Shown one piece after another: positions 17,482-25,558 of a DNA stretch of 64,000 bases. Location: assembly GCA_963806155.1 (NCBI GenBank), contig CAWDXC010000011.1:129819-193818 (forward strand), in the 5' to 3' direction. The DNA comes from an uncultured Actinomycetes bacterium. Its GTDB lineage: Bacteria > Actinomycetota > Thermoleophilia > RBG-16-64-13. Position 1 is the first letter of the stretch; each line of letters opens with the position of its first letter. The notes beneath the pieces are model-generated. The model worked only from the letters and a program-made list of their open reading frames with translations, was not told where the DNA came from and did not search any database. The position numbers and the translations under genes were made by a program.

Positions 17482-19694
17482 ATGAGCGCCGAGCTCGTGC
17501 AGCTGCTTGGCCGAGATGGCCCTAACGAGCCAGAGGAGGTCCTCCACGTGAACCCCGAAAAGCATCTTAAGGTGACGGCCGGCCACCTCGAGCGGCGTGC
17601 CTATCTTTACGTCCGCCAGAGCACGCTCCGGCAGGTCCTTGAAAACACGGAGAGCACCAAGCGCCAGTATGCGCTAGGGAACGAGCGATCGCCTTGGGTT
17701 GGCCCCTGAGCGGATCGTGGTCATCGATCGCGATCAGGGGCTCTCCGGGGACAGACAGCGACCGGGAGGGCTTCCAGCAGCTCGTGGCCGCTGTGGGGTT
17801 GGGCGAGGTCGGAGTGGTGCTCGGCCTCGAGGTCTCCCGCCTGGCCCGCAGCTCGTCGGACTGGCACCGGCTGCTTGAGATCTGCGCCCTCACCGACACG
17901 CTCATCCTGGACGAGGACGGCCTCTACGACCCCGCCCATTTCAACGATCGGCTGCTTCTTGGGCTCAAGGGCACCATGTCGGAAGCCGAGCTCCATGTGC
18001 TGCGCGCCCGGCTTATCGGCGGGCAGCGGGCCAAGGCCGCCCGGGGGGAACTTCTGATGAAGCTGCCCGTGGGACTGGTCCACGACGCCGCCGGGCGGGT
18101 CGTTCTCGACCCTGATCTGGCCGTGCAGGAGGCCGTACGCACCTTGTTCGCCACCTTCCGCCGCACCGGTTCGGCCACCGGCACCGTGCGCGCCTTTCGG
18201 AAAGAGGGCCTCCTCTTCCCCCGCCGGCTTTCGACCGGACCAAACAAGGGGGAGATCGCCTGGGGACCGCTCCTCCACAGTCGCGCCCTGAGAGTGCTCA
18301 AGAATCCCCGCTATACGGGCGCCTTCGTATACGGGCGCAGCGAGACCCGACACCGTGCGGGCGGGAAGGAGAGCCGCCGAGCACTGCCTCGGGAAAAGTG
18401 GCACACGGTGATCCTCGGGGCGCATCCCGGATACTTAAGCTGGGAGGAGTACGAGGCGAACCTCGCCCGCCTCCGTGAGAACGCCCAGGCGAACGGCGCC
18501 GAGCGCCGCAAGAGCCCCCCGCGGGAAGGCCCCGCTCTCCTTCAGGGCCTCGTCGTTTGCGGCCGCTGTGGCGGGCGCATGACCGTCCGCTATTACGTGA
18601 GCCACGGCCAAGTCGTTCCCGAGTACGTCTGCCAGCGGGAGGGGATTGAGAAGGCGGAGCCTTTCTGCCAGCGCCTGGTCGGGGCGCGCAATCGACCAGG
18701 CGGTGGGGGAACTCCTCGTCGAGACGGTGACCCCGCTTGCCCTGGAGGTGGCTCTCGCCGTACAGGAGGAACTTGAAGCCCGCGCCCGCGAGGCCGACGA
18801 CTTGCGCCGAAAGCAGGTGGAACGAGCCCGCTACGAGGCCGAACTCGCTCAGCGCCGCTATCTCCTCGTCAGTCCCGAGAATCGCCTGGTGGCCGACTCC
18901 CTGGAGGCGGACTGGAACCGCAAGCTCGGGCCTTGGCTGAGGCCGAGGCCAACTACGAGCGCCGGCGGGAGGCTGACGGTGGTGTCTTGAGCGGCGAGGA
19001 CCGATCGCAGATCCTCAGCCTTGCCGCCGACTTTCCCCGTCTGTGGCGGGATCCCGCTGTGTCACAACGAGAGCGCAAGCGCATGCTGCGTCTCCTGGTG
19101 GAGGACGTCACCCTCGTGCGGGCCGAGGAGGTTCTCGTCCAGGTGCGCTTTCGGGGCGGGGCCACCGAGTGCCTGCACCTGCCGCTCCCCCTAAATGCGG
19201 CCCAGTTGCGCAAGGTCGATCGGGCCGTGGTGGCCGAGATCGATCGACTCCTTGACGAGCATACCGACGCCGAGATCGTCGACATCCTAAATGCTCGGGG
19301 TCTGCGGCCCGGAGTGGCCGACCGCTTCAGCCTCCGGATCCTCTACCGCCTCCGGCGCACCTACGGCTTAGAGGACCGCTACACCCGCCTGCGCCGCCAA
19401 GGACTACTCACGCTCACGGAGATGGCCACGCTCCTCGGCGTCACCCCCTGCACAGTCAAGATCTGGGCCCGGGAGGGCCACATCCCCTCCCAGGTCTACA
19501 ATGACAAAGGCCAGCGGCTCTATGAGCGCTCGGCCAGCCTCCAGCAGTCCTGCCAGTGGTGTGGCCGCCCCATACCTGCCGTGCCCTCGCTCCGCCGGGG
19601 CAAGAAGTGGTGCAGCCAGCGCTGCTTGCTCCAGGCCTATAACAGCCGGAAACGAGCGGCGAGACAGGGCGCCCGGCAGGAGAAGGTGGCATGA
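17482..19694 (+). pseudogene. Large serine recombinase (resolvase/invertase catalytic domain + recombinase domain + zinc-ribbon/coiled-coil), multiply frameshifted
   Basis: Catalytic N-terminus …RRAYLYVRQSTLRQ… is in frame 1. It is followed by …ERIVVIDRDQGLSG… and …GFQQLVAAVGLGEVGVVLGLEVSRLARS… in other frames. The recombinase domain (17694..18776 frame), the coiled-coil segment (18646..) and the C-terminal RLWRDP…RERKRMLRLLVEDVTL motif (18933..19694) are each in a different frame, giving four or more frameshifts. Confidence 0.7.
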
Positions 19695-19744
19695 ACAGCG
19701 AGGATTTCATGTCGGATGTGCTGAACGAGGAGCAGTCAGATGCG

Positions 19745-20562
19745 CAAGCCTTGGCTTTCGGAGAGCGTATCGGGGTGTAGATGACGCGCACTCCCTCCGT
19801 GCGAAACACCTCGTCGAAAGGTCCCGAGTACTTGGCGTCGCGGTCATGGATCACGAACTGGACCTGAGCCAATCGATCTTCTATGGCCAAGTTGCGAGCC
19901 TGCTGGGTGACCCAGGAAGAATCGGGATGGGCACTGACCCCGGCCAGGTGCGCCTTGCGGGTCAAGAGCTCGATGAAGAAAAGGACGTAGATCGTCTTTG
20001 ACCAGACGGTCTCTACGCAGAAGAAGTCGGACGCCAGGATGCCGGCCGCCTGCTGAGTCAAGAACTCCCTCCACGAAGGGCCGACTCGTCGCGGAGAAGG
20101 CGGGAGACCGTGACGGCGAAGCAGTAGGCAGATGGCGGTTGCCGAAACTGAGACGCCCAGCTTCCTTAGCTCACCCTGGAGGCGCCGGTAGCCCCAGCGG
20201 GGGTTCTCCCGAGCGAGCCGCAGGACGAGCGTCGCCACCTCCTCCGAGATTCTCGGTCGACCCGGCCGGCGTCTACCTCGGTAGGTCCGCTTGCGTCCTA
20301 CCAGCTCACGGTGCCAGCGCAGCACGGTGTGTGGCGAAACCGGCAGACATCGCCACAGTTCACGCGGCAGGAGCTGGCTTGCTGCCGCCAGCAGGATCCG
20401 ATCCCCACGCCGTAGTCCCAGCCGACGACCTCGTGAGAGAACGCGCAACTGGTGACGCAAGACCAGGATCTCAATGTCGCGAGCAGCACCGTCACGATCG
20501 CTGCCTAGGGTGAGAACACGCAGAAGCCGACGGAGGGCAAAGTAGAAAAGCGACAGTAGCAT
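19745..20562 (-). pseudogene. DDE (rve) transposase, C-terminally truncated
   Basis: The ORF-track frame continues to 19456, but the residues after …RSPKA are unrelated read-through that overlaps the serine recombinase remnant. Confidence 0.65.
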
Positions 20563-20651
20563 CCGGACTCCAGGATGAAGAGGTGGCTGGAAGCCGTAAT
20601 CCTAGCGGATGCCGGCGCCAATACGAGCAGGTACAGAGTTTATGGACCCCT
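19745..20651 (-). mobile_element. Truncated IS copy (rve/DDE integrase-core transposase family, IS481/IS3-like); 3' part missing
   Basis: The transposase N-terminus MLLSLFYFALRRLLRVL…DRDGAARDIEILVLRHQL… and the DDE core up to …VIYTPIRSPKA are present. Homology stops near 19745, before the expected C-terminal NAxxERxxRTxxxE block. The ~90 nt beyond the ATG (20563-20651) are shared with the other copies and define the IS end. Confidence 0.65.
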
Positions 20652-21086
20652 CAGGATGACATCGGTAGAGATGAAGGTGCCTTTGCAGCCATAAAGCAGA
20701 CCGACGAGTTCAAGCGGCGCGCCCAGGTCTACAGGGATTTCATTCAGCCGTCGAAGCCGGCGAAGTAAGTTCAAAGCGTGGCCGCCGAGCACGTTCTTTG
20801 AAGCCGCAGAGATCTTGCGAGTGTTCGTGCAGGGCACCGACCTCAACAGCTACGAAGGTGAAGGCCTGCGCTACGCCAACCACCACTCTCTGCGCAACTA
20901 TGGCGGGCACGTCGTCTACACCGAAGCCGGGTAAAACAGCCACGTGCTGTTACCGATGGTGGAGGCCCGGTCGTGGGCCGGGCCTCCGGAGAGCTAGAAC
21001 GGATCACACGGTGGAACAGCCAGCGTTCTGTCGCCCGACTATCGAGAGAGCCGTGGACGAGGCGCTGATCGCCTTAGGGACCGTGG

Positions 21087-21584
21087 TCACATGACCGGAC
21101 CAGGCTCCTCCACTAGTTCATCGAAACAGAAGATGACGTGGCTGATCTCTTTGTTCCGGTAGCCGAACAGCTCGGTGTCACCGGTCGCTCCCGAGCCATA
21201 GGAGAACAGGTTCGCTCCCCGTCCGGCTTTGACGATTACCGCAGAGATCGGATAGGTCGAGCTCCAGTCGAAAGCGTAGCCGTTGCTGTTCGAAATGGTT
21301 ATAGTAAACGAGATGTCGCCATCGGGGCACGTGCAGGTAACCTCATAGGTCCCGTCCATTCCGGCGACCGGGTCCCATTCGTCGAGCTTGTAACCGCAGT
21401 CATATCCCTGTGAGGCCGCCACCCACGAAGCATCACCAGATTTCCAGTTATCGATGACGGTCGGCGACACACTTGCTGCCGCCGCTGGCGCCGTGAGTAA
21501 TGCCGCCAGAACCAGAGCCAGCAAGATGATGAGTGCTCCCGCCTTCGGACGACGTCCTGACCTGCGACTTCTACGCCCTTCCAT
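21087..21584 (-). CDS. Hypothetical secreted or membrane-anchored protein
   Basis: Arg-rich N-terminus followed by a hydrophobic signal/anchor (ALIILLALVLAALLTAPAAAAS). 165 aa. Isolated between two IS copies. Confidence 0.4.
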   Translation of the reverse strand: MEGRRSRRSGRRPKAGALIILLALVLAALLTAPAAAASVSPTVIDNWKSGDASWVAASQGYDCGYKLDEWDPVAGMDGTYEVTCTCPDGDISFTITISNSNGYAFDWSSTYPISAVIVKAGRGANLFSYGSGATGDTELFGYRNKEISHVIFCFDELVEEPGPVM

Positions 21585-22001
21585 CTTTCCTCCTTGAGTA
21601 GCAGTTGCTTTTTGCCGGTACTGCCTTCAGAACCCAACATCGGGGTCCGTCATGTCACGTGCTGTCCCGGGGGACTGGAGCTTTGGCGACTTCGGGCAAC
21701 CATTTCGCGCCCTCGGAGGTCGAAGCACCCCAGTTTTCAGCAGTGCTTGGCAGAGAGCGGCTTCTCCTGAGTTGTATCGACCATCAGCACTTTCTGCTTT
21801 AGTGCAATGGGACAGAGCCGGGCTTTCAGAGGTCAGTCATCTCTGTGGACAGGCACCGGAGGAAATACCTGCTATGGAACACGTTGGAGTAAGCAATGGA
21901 CACATCACTCTGGAACTCTTAATCCGACGGTGGTGGTTGAGCCCATCACCCCGGAAGTGGCGAGGCCGGCGTCGGGCCTCCTCACTCGCGTCCGAAGAGA
22001 G

Positions 22002-22202
22002 GTCAGCCTCGAAACCCCAGGTCCCGAGAAATGGCGGTACCCGCCCGCCTGATCGCCGCCGCGATCGATTCCCGCTCGGCCGGACCGAAGCGGTCGACAG
22101 GAACCACCACAGCCATGGTCGCAATCACTTCCCCGGAGCTATCCCTGACCGGGACCCCTACCGCACAGACCCCTTTCGCTGTCTCTTCGATGTCCCAATC
22201 CT
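22002..22202 (-). pseudogene. IclR-family transcriptional regulator, C-terminal 66-aa fragment truncated by IS copy 2
   Basis: DWDIEETAKGVCAVGVPVRDSSGEVIATMAVVVPVDRFGPAERESIAAAIRRAGTAISRDLGF matches the IclR effector-domain C-terminus. The upstream portion is replaced by the IS sequence starting at ~22190. Confidence 0.5.
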
Positions 22203-22690
22203 TAACTCACCCTGGAGCCGGCGGTAGCCTCAGCGGGGGTTCTCCCGAGCGAGCCGCAGGACGAGTACGGCCACCTCCTCCGAGATTCTCGGTCGACCCG
22301 ATCGCCGCCTGCCTCGGCAGGTCCATTTCCGCCTCACCAGCTCACGGTGCCAGCGCAGCACGGTATGTGGCGACACAAGCAATGACTGCCACCGTTCGCG
22401 CGGCAGGAGCCGGCTTGCCGCTGCAAGCAGGATCCGATCCCCACGCCGTAGTCCCAGCCGACGACCTCGTGAGAGAACGCGCAACTGGTGACGCAAGACC
22501 AGGATCCCAATGTCGCGAGCAGCACCGTCACGATCGCTCCCCAGGGTGAGAGCACGCAGAAGCCGACGGACGGCAAAGTAGAGAAGCGCCAGTAGCATCC
22601 GGACTCCAGGATGAAGAGGTGGCTGGAAGCCGTAATCCTAGCGGATGCCAGCGCCAATACGAGCATGGACAGAGTTTATGGACCCCTCAG
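22190..22690 (-). mobile_element. Second copy of the same IS, retaining only the ~500 nt of the left end
   Basis: 122-aa transposase N-terminus (22230..22598), ~90% identical to copy 1. It carries a W-to-stop (TGA) at the position matching copy-1 PRWGYRRL. The 90-nt terminal segment at 22599-22690 is identical. Confidence 0.6.
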
Positions 22691-22758
22691 CTATACTCGC
22701 TCATGTTGGTGCGCACAGCTGACTGGGCAACGATTCGCCCGAGATTGGGGGACACCAA

Positions 22759-23799
22759 ATGGTCATAGATATCAACATGCACGCCTTGCCCGCCGACCTT
22801 TTCGATGACGAAGAGAGGTTGGAGTCGTACCTCCGCATCGCCCCTCAAGGACACGGCGAACACGCGAGGCTCTCGACCGTGCCGGAAACCGGCAAGAAGC
22901 AGATCGTCGTCGAGAAGCCCCGCGGGTACGAGAATCTCAACTTCGGCTACAACAACGTCGATTCGCGGGCCAGGATCGAGGTCATGGACAGGGCCGGGCT
23001 GGACAAGGCCATCCTGCGTACGCCCTGCTGGCACGAATGGTTGACGCTCGAGATGTGCCGGCAGGTGAACGACAGCATGGCCGGGTATGTAGCTGAATAC
23101 CCGGACAGGCTGTGCGCGCTTGGCACGGTGCCGCCGTGGGGCGACAAGGGCTGCCTGCGGGAGCTCGAGCGCTGCATCGGCGACCTGGGTTTTGTCGGAA
23201 TGGAGGTCTCCGCCCACTACGGCAGCCTCTATCTGGACGACACGGCCTTTCGGCCGTACTTCAAAGTGCTGAACGAGCTCGATGTGCCGGTGGTGGTCCA
23301 TCACACTCCTCTGCCGGTGGAGTACGGCAGCCTCTTCGAATACACGAATCTGCGTCGCTCGATCGGACGGTGCATCGACCAGATGACCGCGGTGGGCAGG
23401 GAGCTGTTCAGCGGGCTGTTCGAGGAATGTCCGAATCTCAAGCTCGTTCACACCATGCTCGGCGGCGGCATGTTCGCCCTCACTGAACAGATACTGCCGA
23501 GGAGATCGCAGGTGCAGGAGGAGATCCAGAGGTTCAGCTCGGAGGTCCCCCGGTTCAAAGACTACTTCCGAAGGAATCTCTACTTCGATATCACCACGCC
23601 CCTCGCGTGGAGCAAGGCCCAACTCGAGTGCGCGGTCAAGGAGCTGGGAGCGGACCATATCCTATACGGCAGCAGCTACCCGGTGAGGTTGGACTGGGTC
23701 CTCAATGGGGTGGAGCACGTCAAGAGTCTCGACCTCACCAACCAGGAGAAGGACCTGATCTTTTCGGGGAACGCGAGAAGGCTTTTCAAGATCAACTAA
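22759..23799 (+). CDS. Amidohydrolase-2 (ACMSD-family decarboxylase/hydrolase)
   Basis: 346 aa, ATG at 22759. Conserved blocks with predicted metal ligands are present (e.g. VVHHTP and a C-terminal Asp). Lies between IS remnants 2 and 3. Confidence 0.75.
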   Translation: MVIDINMHALPADLFDDEERLESYLRIAPQGHGEHARLSTVPETGKKQIVVEKPRGYENLNFGYNNVDSRARIEVMDRAGLDKAILRTPCWHEWLTLEMCRQVNDSMAGYVAEYPDRLCALGTVPPWGDKGCLRELERCIGDLGFVGMEVSAHYGSLYLDDTAFRPYFKVLNELDVPVVVHHTPLPVEYGSLFEYTNLRRSIGRCIDQMTAVGRELFSGLFEECPNLKLVHTMLGGGMFALTEQILPRRSQVQEEIQRFSSEVPRFKDYFRRNLYFDITTPLAWSKAQLECAVKELGADHILYGSSYPVRLDWVLNGVEHVKSLDLTNQEKDLIFSGNARRLFKIN

Positions 23800-24004
23800 G
23801 AACTCGTTTCAAAATGCCGCAAGGGACGCGCTGGGCGAGCACGAGAGAAGAACGCAGGGAGCGCGAATAGCGGCGCTACGTGCGCGACCGAGGACGCGCT
23901 ATCGTGCCGTTCCTCGCAGAGGGGACCCGGCACTAGGCGTGAGGGGTACATTTACTACGATTCACGCTGCCATTGTGTTGATACTCGTGAATTAGTCCGC
24001 CGAG

Positions 24005-24208
24005 CCGGTGCCAGGATCTCAACATCGCGAGCAACATTGGCACGATCACCATGCGCAGCTAGAAAGCGCAAGAGGCGGCGAACGGCCGAGTAGATGAGCG
24101 AGAGCAGCATCGGCAATCCACAGAAGTAGGTTGGGAAACCCTGATCCTAAGAAATGGTGCGGCTCAGATGGGCGACTAAGGGTTTGTGGACCCCTTAGGA
24201 CCAACGAA
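24005..24208 (-). mobile_element. Third, more divergent remnant of the same IS left end
   Basis: CCAGGATCTCAACATCGCGAGCA…GAGCGAGAGCAGCATCGGCAATCCACAGAAGTAGG…GGTTTGTGGACCCCTTAGG aligns with 20470-20651 of copy 1 at ~75% identity. Only ~25 codons of the transposase remain. Confidence 0.45.
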
Positions 24209-24249
24209 CTGGGTCAGATCAGAGTCGAAACGCTTGTTCGACCCTAGGC

Positions 24250-24594
24250 TCACCGACCGAGCACGACGTCGATCCCATACAGGATCAGCTCCAGCTTGTT
24301 CTCCGGCAGCCTGCCGACTAGGTCGGTCAATACGCCAAGGTCCAGGGTGACCGGCTGGGAGACGTTGGCGACGGAGTCCTTGGGCAGACCGGTCACCTCG
24401 GAGGTGAGAAGGACGTTACCGGGCGCGTCGGCCCATTTCAGGTTGCCGGTAAGCGGCACGCACACTACCGTTGAGATACGGCTGCGGTTGAACGCGTTGC
24501 CCTGCACGACGACGACAGGGCGACGGAACCCAGGCTCGGAGCCTTTTGGCTCGCCCAGATCAGCCCACCAGACCTCGCCTTGCGAGATCACCAT
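24250..24594 (-). CDS. mazF: Type II toxin, PemK/MazF-family endoribonuclease
   Basis: MVISQGEVWWADLGEPKGSEPGFRRPVVVVQ… is the typical MazF/PemK N-terminus. 114 aa. Overlaps the upstream antitoxin by 7 nt. Confidence 0.8.
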   Translation of the reverse strand: MVISQGEVWWADLGEPKGSEPGFRRPVVVVQGNAFNRSRISTVVCVPLTGNLKWADAPGNVLLTSEVTGLPKDSVANVSQPVTLDLGVLTDLVGRLPENKLELILYGIDVVLGR

Positions 24595-24824
24595 TCGGAC
24601 TGCTCGAGGGTGCGCTTCGCAGCGGTCGCCGTGAAGTCGTCCACCGCGACGGTTCCGTCAGCGCACAGTGAGTCCAGCGCGGCGGTGACGCTATCTGAAG
24701 AGTGGCGCGCGACGTACTCGCGCACCGCGCGGCTGTACAGCTGGCTGCGGGACTGCTTGAGTTCGCGCGCGAGCTGCTCCGCTTCGCTGAACACGTCGTC
24801 AGGTATTGAAATCGCTGTCTTCAT
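24588..24824 (-). CDS. mazE: Antitoxin (MazE/RHH or AbrB-like), partner of MazF
   Basis: 78 aa. MKTAISIPDDVFSEAEQLARELKQSRSQLYSRAVREYV is a DNA-binding antitoxin-like N-terminus. ATGGTGA overlap with the toxin start. Confidence 0.6.
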   Translation of the reverse strand: MKTAISIPDDVFSEAEQLARELKQSRSQLYSRAVREYVARHSSDSVTAALDSLCADGTVAVDDFTATAAKRTLEQSEW

Positions 24825-25125
24825 ACCAGAAGTATAACCCGCTGAGGGGCGCTATGCCTACCCCGTGGCATTCAAGCGGTGCGACCCGGAATCACGCTGC
24901 GGCCAGCAGCAGACGTCGACCTACTTCTGCGCGCTTCTGCCTGTGGCACCTCACCTCCACGATCACTCGGCCCACGTCCAGGCGCCTGAGGGCAATCTCG
25001 GCATAGGAGTCGGCGTGGGCGTAGTAGTGATCAGGGCTTCGTCGTACCCAGCGAGCCCGCTTGGCCCCGGTCTCCGGGTCCTCATCTACGGTGCGCAGGA
25101 TGTTGGTGAGCTTTGCCGCACGTCG

Positions 25126-25345
25126 ATTGTTCGTAGACTGGATCAGGATCTGGCCGGCGCTTACCGGGCTTCTTGAGGCCATGAGATCAACGGCCGCGAT
25201 CGAGGAGGCGTGGTGGCTGCGACTTGCCCAGACCCTGACCGAGAATCGAGCCGCTCTGCGTGCGGAGGGTTTTGAGGTCGAGATCGGCGACTTGCGGGGA
25301 TAAGACCAAGACGCTACGACAGCCGCTCCCGGCCCTACTCCACCG
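25126..25345 (+). repeat. Partial duplicate of the 3' end of gene 30054..31070 plus ~45 nt of its downstream sequence
   Basis: ~95% identical to 30816-31104 except for a 78-nt internal deletion. Encodes LFVDWIRIWPALTGLLEAMRSTAAIEEAWWLRLA…AALRAEGFEVEIGDLRG*. Confidence 0.6.
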
Positions 25346-25558
25346 GCTCGACCGACCTGACAGATGGGGCACCGGGGACGAGCCACCAAGGTCAGTGAGC
25401 CCGTTCCCCGGCACTGAGGGATCGCCGAAACGCCGGCCAAGCACAGGGTGAAGATGCCGAAGACCGGTTAGGAAGGGGCCCCCGGGGGCTGGGTTGGCGG
25501 CCTCGCCTTCTGGGTAACTTTGGCTTGATTCAGTAGCGAATCCAGCAAGGAGCGGCCC

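Noticed and set aside
17694-18776. The 360-aa ORF called as an intact serine recombinase
   Set aside because: The catalytic N-terminus (YVRQST…, VVIDRDQGLSG) is encoded in other frames upstream, and the C-terminal domains are in two further frames. The 360-aa ORF is only one segment of a multiply frameshifted pseudogene.
19456-19744. The C-terminal ~95 codons of the 368-aa transposase ORF (19456-20562)
   Set aside because: Homology to rve-type transposases ends at …IRSPKA (~19745). The rest is read-through across the end of the serine recombinase remnant on the other strand, not transposase sequence.
20652-20940. Possible 3' fragments of a host gene to the right of IS copy 1 (…DDIGRDEGAFAAIKQTDEFKRRAQVYRDFIQPSKPAK* and …FVQGTDLNSYEGEGLRYANHHSLRNYGGHVVYTEAG*)
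   Set aside because: The two open segments are in different frames and I could not assign either to a family. They may be the remains of the gene the IS inserted into, but that is too speculative to call.
24892-25440. The 182-aa minus-strand ORF across the duplicated segment
   Set aside because: Most of its length is antisense to the duplicated 3' fragment of gene 30054-31070. No motifs or start context. Probably non-coding. Its last ~80 codons (24892-25130) could be a remnant of something, but I could not recognise it.
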